Assembly (NCBI GenBank): GCA_963737155.1
Contig: CAVTRN010000001.1
Location: 1 to 64,000, forward strand
DNA: 64,000 nucleotides
From: Nitrospirota bacterium
Lineage (GTDB): Bacteria > Nitrospirota > UBA9217
Direction: 5' to 3'
Below the pieces are notes generated by a model. That model saw only the letters and a program-made list of their open reading frames with translations, was not told the DNA's origin and made no database searches. Shown in pieces: positions 10,447-20,984 of this stretch (within the stretch, counting starts at the first letter, position 1; each line of letters starts with the position of its first letter). A program made the position numbers and the translations under genes.

Positions 10447-10722
10447 ATGATGGCTCAAATTGTTGAAATATCTCATCGTGCCAAATTGGTTATAAGCATC
10501 ACAGCATTTTTGGCACTCCCTAATTTTGTCGGATTTTGGTGTGCTAACGTTTATTTTGGCGGCGACGCATTAAATGGTTACGTACAAAATGCCTATTACT
10601 TCATATGCGCTCATGGAGTTTGTCATGAAGTTTCAAGATCATTCTGGACTTATAGCTACTGGCATGCTCTCAGTGCGGTGAGCGGTATTTTGCTCGTATT
10701 CATTGAAGTATGGGGATTATAA
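10447..10722 (+). CDS. Small membrane protein
   Basis: Two TMs flanking FGGDALNG...HGVCHEVS. Confidence 0.6.
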   Translation: MMAQIVEISHRAKLVISITAFLALPNFVGFWCANVYFGGDALNGYVQNAYYFICAHGVCHEVSRSFWTYSYWHALSAVSGILLVFIEVWGL

Positions 10723-10728
10723 ACAACA

Positions 10729-11159
10729 ATGATTAAGTTTATTTATCAGATTATTATCGCGGGCCATCGCGGAAAAGGCTCAAAGAAATCGAGAAAAGAA
10801 TATTATAAGATGGCTCTGCAGCATTATTTGCAGCGCTGGAGTATACCTTGCGCGGAGATGTTATATCATCGATTCCTATTGAACAAGAGTGCATCGCTCG
10901 TACTTTTGTCCGTCTCAATAATTACGAGCATGCGCAAAAGTACACGACTGATAGCCTTAACTCTTATATAAAACTGAGAGATTCTTATAAAATACTGGAA
11001 GGGACGGGTGGTATATTTGAAACTAGCGTTAACCGAGCAAACGAATTATTAAGGACCATCGAAAAAAAAAAGATCAAATTGAAGTTCATTGTTACAAAAT
11101 ATGGGTATTCGGATTTAGTGGTTGAAGTTGCAACTATCCGAAACCCTACATGCACTTAA
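10729..11159 (+). pseudogene. Frameshifted TPR-like helical protein
   Basis: YKMALQHYLQ continues in another frame as ALEY...IARTFVRLNNYEHAQKY; shift near 10833. Confidence 0.45.
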
Positions 11160-11437
11160 AAAATCGGATTAACTGGTTGATTCATATCATAGTGCCATGA
11201 GCCTTATTCTTGCGGAAACATGATTAATGCTTCTTCCACTATGGAGGAAACCAGTATCAATATTGAATGAGTTGAGGTCATCCAAGATGATCTCCAGCAC
11301 CACCTTTTAAAGGCTGGCCTTTAAGAAAGGGGCGTTTATCAACCGGGAGTCGTTTAAACAGTTAAGGAGCCTATTTGGGCTTGTCAACCAGTAAATCCGA
11401 ATACCCCAAAATATGACTATAAACTTATTCAAAATAT

Positions 11438-11659
11438 ATGGTATTGCCGTTGGCGCATTTTTTGCTGAGTGTGGGTTTTGGTTTATTGTTTTATAAGAGA
11501 CTAGATACAATTCTTACAGATAAAGAGACGGCTCCAGGGGAAATCAAATCAAAAAGAATAATTATTAGTATCACGGCTATTATTGGCGGAATTATGTCTA
11601 TATCCGCAGTTTTTTTTGGCTGGCCACCAGTCAGAGGATATCTAATTCCCCCAAAATAG
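11438..11659 (+). CDS. Small membrane protein (possibly 5' truncated)
   Basis: 73 aa, two hydrophobic segments. Confidence 0.4.
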   Translation: MVLPLAHFLLSVGFGLLFYKRLDTILTDKETAPGEIKSKRIIISITAIIGGIMSISAVFFGWPPVRGYLIPPK

Positions 11660-11694
11660 TTAACAACTTTATTTGACAAAATAGGGAGGCATAT

Positions 11695-11922
11695 ATGTTT
11701 GGATTAGGCTTGCCGGAAGTAATAATTATTATGATAATTGGAATTCTAATTGTTTTGCCGAATTGGAAAATATTTTCAAGGGCAGGTTTTTCGGGTTGGT
11801 GGAGTTTACTGATGATTTTGCCAATTATAAATATCTTACTTGAATATTACTTGGCATATGCAGAATGGCCAATACAACAAGAACTGATAGCTTTAAGAAA
11901 ACAAACAGGTACTGAGAAGTGA
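11695..11922 (+). CDS. Small membrane protein
   Basis: GGGAGG RBS; WKIFSRAGFSGWWSLL..PIIN..LAYAEWP family pattern. Confidence 0.75.
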   Translation: MFGLGLPEVIIIMIIGILIVLPNWKIFSRAGFSGWWSLLMILPIINILLEYYLAYAEWPIQQELIALRKQTGTEK

Positions 11923-12130
11923 TAGCTTATCTTGAACAGACAGGTTTATAATCCCCGACGAAGATTTAAGGACGAATACATGAAATTACCACACCAATCA
12001 TCTTGTAATCCGCACAAGATGAGGGACTCCCTCCGACGCTGCTGGTCAACGTGTAATTTTCATCCCGTATTCTTTACCCTTATCACGATATTGAAATCCC
12101 AACGGTGCAGCCAGGATAACAAGGATAGCC

Positions 12131-12913
12131 ATGAAATCAAGCAATTCCATTAGTATGATACAGCGATTTGCCTTAGTCGCAGTAATACTGACAATCCTTG
12201 CTAGTGTGGCCGAAGCTGGTGCGACAAAATTTAATGTTGAAGATTGGCACCAAGATAACCTATGTGGTCATAAACTAGGTGACCCAGTTCAAGTGAACAC
12301 ACCTGGATGTGATGATGCATATTGCGTAAAGATTTCTGCTTCATCACAAGTATGTGCCTGTTTACTTTCAAAAGAATCGGGTACGACTCAGATAACCTAT
12401 AAAAAGAATGGAGTAGTTTTATTACAGTGGAATGCTAACATTTATCCGTTGGCGATAGCTTCAGGATTACGTGTCGATGCCGCTGGTTTGAATGCTAACG
12501 GAAAAGAAAAACTTGTGGTTGCCACAATGAATAGCGCGAGTAACGGTATGGGGATTGAATACTGGGACGTTCGTGTATTATCTGATGTTGCAATATCTAA
12601 CGCGGTTAGTGTAGAAGATTATGGCATAATGGGCTATTTCACAACGAACGGAAAGCAATGTCGCTTGCTCGTAACCCGATGGATAGAAGGTTGGGAACCA
12701 GGAAGGGGATATGGACTGTACCTGGCTGGCCTATGGTTCCGGTTGCATGGTAACAGCCTAGAGTACACTTATGATCGCCCAGCCATCAAACGACGATATT
12801 TGAATAGTCTTCAGCAACTTAGAGAGCACGGTTTTCAAAAAGATGAGCCAGTGCTGTGGTTCCGTGACCCTACTGCAACACCAATCATTGGTCCATATCC
12901 ATATTTTAATTAA
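12131..12913 (+). CDS. Secreted hypothetical protein
   Basis: AAGGA RBS, signal peptide ending AEA, 260 aa. Confidence 0.7.
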   Translation: MKSSNSISMIQRFALVAVILTILASVAEAGATKFNVEDWHQDNLCGHKLGDPVQVNTPGCDDAYCVKISASSQVCACLLSKESGTTQITYKKNGVVLLQWNANIYPLAIASGLRVDAAGLNANGKEKLVVATMNSASNGMGIEYWDVRVLSDVAISNAVSVEDYGIMGYFTTNGKQCRLLVTRWIEGWEPGRGYGLYLAGLWFRLHGNSLEYTYDRPAIKRRYLNSLQQLREHGFQKDEPVLWFRDPTATPIIGPYPYFN

Positions 12914-13183
12914 GAAGTATATCGAGCGAGTCAATCGCGAGTCTGTTGCCAAAAGACGGCGCATGAAATTCACTTTACAATTATCACCTAGTATTGTGCA
13001 TAGAGATATCGTCAACACGAGTGCTCTCATGTGAAGCCAGGAGAGCCAAAAACACTTGGAAAATGACGAGTTCCGTTTGAAATTTTTAATCAATTGTCCT
13101 TCCTGGTAATTGTAGTGCACTTCTTTGAAACATATCAAAATTCTTTATATGCTAGCAAACCTTAAGATCTCCTGTTGCTTTCG

Positions 13184-13212
13184 TTGACTTTGGCTTGATT
13201 CAGGCATACACT
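13184..13212 (+). promoter_or_regulatory. sigma70-type promoter
   Basis: TTGACT-17 bp-TACACT. Confidence 0.55.
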
Positions 13213-13314
13213 GACATAACGAATGCCACTATTTATTCTATTTATTATTCGTGATTTCTCTCGAACACATGGTCCCTACGTTGCAGTTGACACAATGATT
13301 GGGAGGATCAATCG

Positions 13315-14460
13315 ATGAAAAGAACCCTCATGGCATTCTTGTTTATTGTTTTGATTTGCACGCTTCTGGCGTGCGGCACCAGCACGAGTACGACGACTAG
13401 TGCACCCTACAGTCCGGGAGTCGAAGCCGTTGCAGGAAACGGGCAGGTAGCCATAAGCTTGCTAGAAGTGGCACCGAATGCCCCGACAGTAAGCTCTTAC
13501 GATGTATACTACTCCACTACGGACCCTGTAACGATGTCATCTGGAACTGAGGTGTCAGGGATCACCAGCACATCGACCACAATCACCGGACTTTCCAATG
13601 GCACTATGTATTACTTCATCGCGACGGCAGTGAACACTTACGGCGAAAGTGGGCCATCACCAGAAGCGCGAGCTATGCCGGAGATAAACATAGGGACCGT
13701 GACAATTCTCGCTTCAGGACTGAGTAATCCCTATGGTATTGCCATTGATTCCACCAATGTCTATTGGACGGAGGACGGGAGTACCCCAATTACGATTGGT
13801 CCCGGAACTGTAAAGAAGGTTGGAATAAACGGAGGGACTGTAACGACCCTCTACTCAGGACTGAGTGGTTTTAACGGTGGTCCGCGGAGTATTTCTGTCG
13901 ATTCCACCAGTGTCTACTGGACTGATAATTTAAGTGGAACTGTTAATAAGGAATTGATAAGCGGCGGGACCGTAACGAATCTAACCTCAGGAATGAATAA
14001 TAACATCCAAGGCATTGCCGTTGATGCCACCAGCGTCTACTGGGCTGATGTTTATGGAATAAGGAAAGTAGGGATAAACGGAGGGAACGTAACGACCCTC
14101 GCCTCAGAAACAAGCGGCTGTCCCCGAGGTATTGCCGTCGATTCCACCAGTGTCTACTGGACTGATATGTGTAATTGGACTATTAACAAGGTAGGGATAA
14201 ACGGAGGTACCGTAACGGTCCTTGCCTCAGGATCGTATGCAAAGGCTGAGAATGGTCCCTGGGGCATTGCCGTCGATTCCACCAGTGTCTACTGGACCGA
14301 GTTTAATTGGGGCGGGAGTATTTACAAGGTTGGGATAAACGGCGGGGCAATGACGACCGTTGCCTCAGGACTTGCTGCCCCGCAAAATCTTGCCGTCGAT
14401 TCCAACAGTGTCTACTGGACTGAGCCAGGCAGCGGGACTGTAAAGAAAGTCTCAAAGTAG
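13315..14460 (+). CDS. Lipoprotein with fibronectin type III domain and YWTD-type beta-propeller
   Basis: Lipobox LLAC; ITGLSNGTMYYF..TAVN.YGES; six (IAV)DSTSVYWT(D/E) repeats. Confidence 0.85.
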   Translation: MKRTLMAFLFIVLICTLLACGTSTSTTTSAPYSPGVEAVAGNGQVAISLLEVAPNAPTVSSYDVYYSTTDPVTMSSGTEVSGITSTSTTITGLSNGTMYYFIATAVNTYGESGPSPEARAMPEINIGTVTILASGLSNPYGIAIDSTNVYWTEDGSTPITIGPGTVKKVGINGGTVTTLYSGLSGFNGGPRSISVDSTSVYWTDNLSGTVNKELISGGTVTNLTSGMNNNIQGIAVDATSVYWADVYGIRKVGINGGNVTTLASETSGCPRGIAVDSTSVYWTDMCNWTINKVGINGGTVTVLASGSYAKAENGPWGIAVDSTSVYWTEFNWGGSIYKVGINGGAMTTVASGLAAPQNLAVDSNSVYWTEPGSGTVKKVSK

Positions 14461-14951
14461 AGCTGCGCGGGCTGCCAGTTGGATAAAAATGAGGTCGATT
14501 ACGGTAAATGCCTTTTTGCGGCAATTGCGAATTGACACGAGGTGGTATCTACTTGGCCTTGTACATTGCAGCATTTGTTTACCAGTTGGCGCGGGCTGGC
14601 AATGATAAGTTTCTGTCATATTTATCGTCATTCTGGCATCATTGTAAAGGTTTAACAAATCGAGTCCGATCCCAATCAATGTCCCTTGAGCAACAGTACC
14701 CCAACAATGCATTCGTTCATTAGAGTCTAAAGCATTGTTATCCAGAAAAATAGAGTCGGGGGAATATATTTTCATGATCATTGATCGAATTGACTCTCCT
14801 ATTGCTGAGGATACCTGGCGATATAAGCTTCAGGATGGCAGAATCATAAATACCGGTTGCCCCCGATGGATGATAAACGATGATAAAATTTGACTTGTCA
14901 AATCCTTCAACCGTATCAGGCGAAACAATAGCAAAAAAAGGAGAAGGAACC

Positions 14952-15350
14952 ATGCGCTTTTTTTTGCGGTCGGTCATCATATTATTGGCTGCTGTTTTTC
15001 TTTCCGTCTTAATCCTGTCATGCGGCAGCAGCAATGGCAATGGCAACATTCCTATTGCCGGTGGCCCTTGCACGTACACCAACGATCAAGGGACAGCCAC
15101 TATAACATCCATTAGTACCTCTACAGTCGGTACGGGCGTAGTAGAAGCCTCTTTCGTATTTACTTCCACCGCCCCCAGTTTTACAGCTGAAGGAATCCTA
15201 TACACAGAATCCGGGTTACCCAGTGCTGATGTGATATCCCTAAACGGGATTACTGTTGGTGAAACACTTCCCGCAGATTATGAATTAGAAATCACAGGGG
15301 CATGCACTCCCGGGACGTATACCTTCCCGACTCTTACCAACCTTTGGTGA
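14952..15350 (+). CDS. Lipoprotein
   Basis: GAAGGA RBS, lipobox ILSC, GGPCTY...GACTP. Confidence 0.65.
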   Translation: MRFFLRSVIILLAAVFLSVLILSCGSSNGNGNIPIAGGPCTYTNDQGTATITSISTSTVGTGVVEASFVFTSTAPSFTAEGILYTESGLPSADVISLNGITVGETLPADYELEITGACTPGTYTFPTLTNLW

Positions 15351-15482
15351 CAATAATTTGCTGAAAATCATCCATCTCATGCAAATAAGTTCAAAATCGG
15401 AGATTGCAGCCTTCTTCATGAATATTGCAATGATGAATATCTCTTTAATGTCTTATGGCTATTTGATATAATTCATAGAGCT

Positions 15483-16232
15483 ATGGAAAAATCAAATTTT
15501 GCAGGACTTCCCCTGGTCGTTACTAACAAGATATCACCGATGATTGATGAGATAATCGGCGAACACTCGCAGTACGTTCACTCTATCCATATCGTGGGCA
15601 GCGCTACAGCTCCTGACTTTGATGAAAAGTTGTCCAACATAAATTCGATAGTAGCACTCCGCAATATGAATCTGAATTTCATCGATTTCCTCGCGCCGCT
15701 CGGGAAAAAGTATGCAAAGAAACGCATCGCTGCACCTCTAGTAATGACACCGGAATACATATCCAGATCGCTCGACGAGTTCCCCATAGAATTTCTCGAT
15801 ATCAAACTCATGCATAAAACGGTATACGGAGAGGATATTCTTAACCATATCCAGATCAACAAACAACCTCTTCGTATTCAGTGTGGACGTGAAATAAAAA
15901 TCAAACTCTTCGGTTTAAGGCAGGGGTACCTGTCATCAATGGGAAAGAAGGAGCACCTTACAGAGGGGCTGATCAGATCCATAACCGGTTCCATGTCGCT
16001 TTTCAGGGCAATTATAAATCTTCTTGGAAATGAGCTCCCTATACAGAGGGCAGATGTTATAAATGTCTTCGGGAGAGTAACGGGAATCAATACGGCTATA
16101 TTTGCTAAACTCCTCATGCTCAAGAGTAAATCTATTAAGCCGTCCGATCAGGAACTTCGCATGATGTTCGAACAATACTATAAAGCGCTTGAGTCCGTTG
16201 AAAAGACCCTCGATGACTTCCATGTTAAATAA
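15483..16232 (+). CDS. Nucleotidyltransferase-fold protein (type usually found with LemA/TPM genes)
   Basis: SIHIVGSA...SNINSIV, PLVMT..YI..SLDEFPIEFLDIK...YGED. Confidence 0.7.
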   Translation: MEKSNFAGLPLVVTNKISPMIDEIIGEHSQYVHSIHIVGSATAPDFDEKLSNINSIVALRNMNLNFIDFLAPLGKKYAKKRIAAPLVMTPEYISRSLDEFPIEFLDIKLMHKTVYGEDILNHIQINKQPLRIQCGREIKIKLFGLRQGYLSSMGKKEHLTEGLIRSITGSMSLFRAIINLLGNELPIQRADVINVFGRVTGINTAIFAKLLMLKSKSIKPSDQELRMMFEQYYKALESVEKTLDDFHVK

Positions 16233-17013
16233 ACTCATTCGCTCTGCAATTATTCTTACTATTCTTGCAGCCTTCCCAGTAATCGCATCAACTCCAGAAC
16301 CGCCTGCAGTGCCGAAAAATTATGTTGTGGATCTCGCAGGCGTCATCAATAGTAATACTCGGAGCCAATTGAATACAACGCTGCAAGATCTAGAACATAA
16401 AACCACAGCACAAGTACTGGTTCTTACTATCCAAAGCCTCGATGGTCAAAGCATTGAGGAGTTCTCATTCAACACTAAAGAAAAATGGAAACTTGGGCAA
16501 AAGGGTAAAGACAATGGTGTCCTTCTCGTAGTCGCTGTAAAAGACCGGAAATATCGATTTGAAGTTGGCTATGGCCTTGAGAGCTTACTTCCAGATAGCC
16601 TAGCTGGAGAAATTGGCAGAGAGATTTTGGCTCCGAATTTCAGACAAGGCGATTATAGCGTCGGAATTCAAGCTGCGATTGCCGCGGTGATTAGAGTCAT
16701 TTCTAGGCAGGAAAGTGGAAATACTGTAGGCGTCTATGAATCACATGTAAACAACGTAGACAATGATGCACAGATAAACATACCAGGCGTACTATTGTGC
16801 CTTTTAGGTCTCGTTCCGATTTTTCTAATTTTTGTTAAGTGGCCTCTTGACGCAAACAAAAAAGAATTAAGAGAACTGTGGATGGGTTCAGGAGGTGGCG
16901 GACACGGTAGTGGCGGTTTTGGCGGTGGTGGGTTTGGTGGATTTGGAGGTGGTAGTTTTGGCGGTGGTGGAGGCGGAAGTGGAGGAGGTGGCGGAGCATC
17001 AGGAGGGTGGTAA
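16222..17013 (+). CDS. TPM-domain (YgcG-like) membrane protein with Gly-rich tail
   Basis: YVVDLAG, WKLGQKGKDNGVLL, FEVGYGLE..LPD, C-terminal GGGGASGGW. Confidence 0.9.
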   Translation: MLNKLIRSAIILTILAAFPVIASTPEPPAVPKNYVVDLAGVINSNTRSQLNTTLQDLEHKTTAQVLVLTIQSLDGQSIEEFSFNTKEKWKLGQKGKDNGVLLVVAVKDRKYRFEVGYGLESLLPDSLAGEIGREILAPNFRQGDYSVGIQAAIAAVIRVISRQESGNTVGVYESHVNNVDNDAQINIPGVLLCLLGLVPIFLIFVKWPLDANKKELRELWMGSGGGGHGSGGFGGGGFGGFGGGSFGGGGGGSGGGGGASGGW

Positions 17014-17125
17014 AAATAGTTATGTTCGTAAGTTGTAATTGTGCAATGATCGGTTAGATTAGATATTTCATGGTGAATTTCACATAAGCTGCCACTCATT
17101 AGGAGTGAACAATAAAGGAGAAATT

Positions 17126-17581
17126 ATGAATAAGATATTAATTGCCCTGATTATTGCAGGAGTCATGTTATTGTTTTCTTCCGGTGCTAATGCTGGCGTG
17201 TACTCGGATGATTTATCCCGATGTTTAGTCGAATCTTCAACACCTTCAGACAAAATGGTTCTTGTGAAGTGGATGTTCACCGCTATGTCTCTTCATCCAG
17301 CCGTCAAATCAATAGCATCTGTATCAAAAAAACAACTTGATATCTCTAATAAAGAAACAGGAGATCTTTTAGTAAAACTTCTAACAATCTCTTGCAAGGA
17401 GCAAGCTATAAAAGCAATAAAATATGAGGGCGCGGCGGCTCTTCACTCGAGCTTTAACGTTTTTGGACAGGTGGCCGCAAAAGAATTATTCTCCAACCCT
17501 GATGTGGCTGCAGGAATGGCGGGGCTAAATAAGTATATGAATTCTGAAGAGATAAATAAAGCCTTGGAAATAACAAAGTAG
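17126..17581 (+). CDS. Secreted hypothetical protein
   Basis: AAGGAG RBS, signal peptide, DDLSRCLV..LVKWMF.AMSLHP..SF..FGQVA conserved-looking pattern. Confidence 0.75.
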   Translation: MNKILIALIIAGVMLLFSSGANAGVYSDDLSRCLVESSTPSDKMVLVKWMFTAMSLHPAVKSIASVSKKQLDISNKETGDLLVKLLTISCKEQAIKAIKYEGAAALHSSFNVFGQVAAKELFSNPDVAAGMAGLNKYMNSEEINKALEITK

Positions 17582-17949
17582 AATATTGACTAACCATTGC
17601 ATTCACTAGGGTATTGCCATGAAATACCGAGATAAACAATTCGATTATTGGCCGAGGTACATGAGATATTTATCAGTATCGCTCATGTTCTTTGCCGGGG
17701 CAACTCAAGCCCGGTAATTTCGCTACTCGGGTCAAGGACGGTAAACAGGCTTGGCTAGTCCAGATGGGCAGCAATATGAGGCGTCTTGGGGGGAGGTCAT
17801 GCAAGATCCTCACGACTTGTATTCCAGTAGGTTCATACGCCCCTGCCAATCTGGGCAGATTTACTTTTGTCCCTGATGAATCACCATCTGGATTGGTTCC
17901 TTCTGTAGAGGTTGAGCCAAGTACCACTATATCGCGTTGCTTTACTCTT

Positions 17950-18097
17950 CATTTCGGAAAAGCTCGTCTTCCACTATATGCGGACGATGCCCGACGCGAA
18001 CGGTGAAGTCAAAATTCTTGAAGGGTTCGTTGAGGACATCACTGAACGCAAACGGTTCGAACTGACCCAAAATGCTAGTGGGCATACTCCTTGCTAA
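17950..18097 (+). pseudogene. PAS/PAC domain fragment of a sensor protein
   Basis: DANGEVKILEGFVEDITERKR is a PAC motif, without the rest of the gene. Confidence 0.5.
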
Positions 18098-18161
18098 ACT
18101 TACTAAACATACATTTTGGGTGTTGAGTAGGGGGTTACTCAATATATGATTAGCTACAAGG

Positions 18162-18803
18162 GTGGAGTACGAAATGAAATTTATAGAATATCGTAAGCTG
18201 TCCTTTCTACATCTTATCCCTCAGTATAATGAGATAGTACTATTCACCATGAGCTTAACCTGCGCACTTCTTCTAATCACCGGAGTACTATCGCATATCT
18301 CTGAAATTGAACTAGCTTTTCCCATACAATTTGATCCTAAAATAATCGTACCAATAATCTTCATAGCAATCTTCATGTCCGGCCTGGTATTGTCTTTATA
18401 TCATGCATTCGTTGATCGTGCTAAAACGGAGACTGAAAAATCGCTTATGTTGTTTTTCGCTGTGTTAGTAAACGTGTTCAGTGGGTTCATGGGCGGCGGT
18501 TACAGTCTCACCCACACAAGTGGGTGGCTTATCGTATTCCCGGCATTGAATATGATCAATAGTATTTTTTTGCTTTTTATGTGGCGAACTGGTGTTCTGG
18601 ACGACTCGAGCATCAGCGATCAACAGGTGTCAAGAAGTCAGGTCATATTGGCCGCCGCAATGGTTTTAATACTGTTTTATTTATGTCACATTATCTACAA
18701 ACTCTTTTGGATACAGACACTATCTATTTGCCTTGTTTATTCAATAAACTTTGTTAAATTTATTGAGTCATTGATATTTCCACCAGTATCACTTACGAAG
18801 TGA
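18162..18803 (+). CDS. Polytopic membrane protein
   Basis: 213 aa, about six TMs. Confidence 0.7.
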   Translation: MEYEMKFIEYRKLSFLHLIPQYNEIVLFTMSLTCALLLITGVLSHISEIELAFPIQFDPKIIVPIIFIAIFMSGLVLSLYHAFVDRAKTETEKSLMLFFAVLVNVFSGFMGGGYSLTHTSGWLIVFPALNMINSIFLLFMWRTGVLDDSSISDQQVSRSQVILAAAMVLILFYLCHIIYKLFWIQTLSICLVYSINFVKFIESLIFPPVSLTK

Positions 18804-18870
18804 AATCAATTGATGATACAAACTATCCGGCTCCAGCGGGCAGCGAATTCGCGCATCTACCCATATTTAG

Positions 18871-20871
18871 CCCATCTTCCGCAGTAAAAAATTCAAAGTT
18901 CCAATAAATCAGTTTCTTAGCTCGCACAATTGGCAAAAGTCGGCACTACATTTTCAACTATCTTCGGTCTGTTCGGTAACGGCAGCTTGAGTCTCTGAAG
19001 AAGCGGCTGTAGGTCCTTCGGCGCCTTGCTCACCACCCGAAGTCTGATTGTCTTATCGCGTGTTGGCAACAACACGTCGAGCGATTTTACAATACGCAGT
19101 TCTTCGATTAGTTTCCTTGGCGCGCTTCCGATGCCGGAACAGGACATCCAGTGCGAGAGCATCCGCCACATGGCGAGTGAGAGGAAACACACAAGGATGT
19201 GCGCCTGGGTGCGATCTTTCTTCTGATGGAAGATTGGTCGCATACCAAGATCGCTTTTGCTTATGCGAAAAGCATCCTCCACCTGCGTCAGCTCGATATA
19301 GGTCTTCCACAGCTCCTGCGGATCGCGTTCGGGCCAGTTCGTACGCAAGAGATAGCTGCCGCTTGTTTTGAGCGCCCAGTTGTATCGTTCTTCGTTTTTG
19401 GTGATTGTGATGCTTAGGCGTGTGTCTTTGCCGCTTCCTGTCTCAGAGACCAGGACTTCGTACAATGATGCCGCACGGCTATTCCGTTCGAGAAGCCTGC
19501 CGATTCTTCGTTCTACCTTCTGCTTATCCCGGAGTTTGCCCGCGCTGGCCTGATTCTGCATTTTTGTAAGGCCTTCTTCCAACCGGGTGATGAACCGGTT
19601 CAGAATCGCTTCTTCCTTCTCTTTGCGTCCTTTTGAACGGCACAGAAGGAACGTTTCTTCGCTGCCGTCAGGTGACGGGCAGAGCTTGATCTCCACATCG
19701 GGCCGGACTGTTTGCCAGTTCTCCATAAGCAACTCACGCTCGAATTTCTTAAGCATGGCCTTGGGCGTGCCGACCAGATATCGGGCTCCCTGCTCGCGCA
19801 TATATTCGAGATTCTCTTCACTCACCATGCCGCGATCCATCACCCATATGCGCTCGGCCTTGCCGTATTTCGTTGCCATTGTCTCGACCATCTCTTCTAC
19901 GGTAGTCACATCGGTCCGGTTCCCATCGAAGACTTCAAAGGCCAACGGCAGTCCCTCTTTGCTCGCCACAAGCCCGATGGTAACCTGGACACAATCAGGC
20001 CGGCCGTCTCGACTGTATCCGCGCTTTGCTTGCGAGTTCCCCGTCATGGCCCCTTCAAAATATGTCGACGTGATGTCGTAAAAGAGAAAATCGAACCGTG
20101 TCCCGAATAGTTCTCCGTACCGCTGCTGCAGATGCCTGCATAGGGCCTCCTTGTGGGGCAGCAGGGCATCAAGTGCCCGGTAGAGCCGGTCATCGTTGAT
20201 CTTCTCTTTGGGCACGCCCAACAGATCATCCAGTGCAGTTGTGCCATACCAGAAGTCGGCCACTTGGAGATCCGAGGATGGTGCGCAGAATCGTGCCAGA
20301 GTCAAAATGCAGGCCATGATCGACCACGGTACTTCTTCTCTTCCAACCTTGATATGCTCTTCACAAAATTCCGAAAGCCTGAGTCTCCTCCACAGCGCAA
20401 GTGCAAGATAGACATCACCAAAGGAGCGCAGGCGATCAACTTGCACTCCTTTAACATTGACGGTCGCCCACGACGGGATATCATCGTTTTCGTCAAATAG
20501 CGAAAGAGACGGTGCTGGTTTCCCGTCCAGGATTCGCCCGATCTCTCCCCATCCCACTCGCTCTTCCCGATCGAGGCCGGGTAGCTTGCCGATGGTAGCG
20601 ACGGTGGTCTGGCGCGGCCCCTTGGCAGTACGAATAGATTCTACAAGTGCCCACGACTCGTATTCAGTTCCATTTTTTTTACGACGGCGTCGACGCAAGT
20701 ACATCTACCTTGTTCTCCTCTGCTCGCATTATCGCTGAAAAGAACGAGGGAGGCAAGAGGGTGGTCGGCACTACACGCGGTTTTCAAAGATCACCATTAA
20801 AAAAATCAATAAGTTGGTTGCTCAAACCGGCTCAAAATAGTTTAAAAGATGATCAAACTGCGGAAGACGGG
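18871..20871 (-). mobile_element. IS1634-family insertion sequence
   Basis: IRs CCCATCTTCCGCAGT / ACTGCGGAAGACGGG; TTAG duplicated on both flanks. Confidence 0.9.
18917..20704 (-). CDS. IS1634-family DDE transposase
   Basis: LYRALD, FYDITSTYFEG, RGYSRD.RPD, VMDRGM, VEDAFRISKSDL.MRPIFH. Confidence 0.93.
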   Translation of the reverse strand: MYLRRRRRKKNGTEYESWALVESIRTAKGPRQTTVATIGKLPGLDREERVGWGEIGRILDGKPAPSLSLFDENDDIPSWATVNVKGVQVDRLRSFGDVYLALALWRRLRLSEFCEEHIKVGREEVPWSIMACILTLARFCAPSSDLQVADFWYGTTALDDLLGVPKEKINDDRLYRALDALLPHKEALCRHLQQRYGELFGTRFDFLFYDITSTYFEGAMTGNSQAKRGYSRDGRPDCVQVTIGLVASKEGLPLAFEVFDGNRTDVTTVEEMVETMATKYGKAERIWVMDRGMVSEENLEYMREQGARYLVGTPKAMLKKFERELLMENWQTVRPDVEIKLCPSPDGSEETFLLCRSKGRKEKEEAILNRFITRLEEGLTKMQNQASAGKLRDKQKVERRIGRLLERNSRAASLYEVLVSETGSGKDTRLSITITKNEERYNWALKTSGSYLLRTNWPERDPQELWKTYIELTQVEDAFRISKSDLGMRPIFHQKKDRTQAHILVCFLSLAMWRMLSHWMSCSGIGSAPRKLIEELRIVKSLDVLLPTRDKTIRLRVVSKAPKDLQPLLQRLKLPLPNRPKIVENVVPTFANCAS

Positions 20872-20919
20872 TTAGTCCCCTAAAGACATACCCATATCTG
20901 ACATTACCATTTGACATTA

Positions 20920-20948
20920 TTGACATGATTCAGAATTAGGCATATATT
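20920..20948 (+). promoter_or_regulatory. sigma70-type promoter
   Basis: TTGACA-17 bp-TATATT. Confidence 0.65.
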
Positions 20949-20984
20949 TTCATCGTCAGTTAGATAAGATAATGGAGCACGCAA

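Noticed and set aside
13730-14425. Regularly spaced DNA repeats resembling a CRISPR array
   Set aside because: They are in-frame coding repeats (propeller blades) spaced roughly 120-150 bp apart.
16885-17010. GGN-rich low-complexity tract and its Pro-rich antisense ORF
   Set aside because: Normal Gly-rich tail of TPM-domain proteins.
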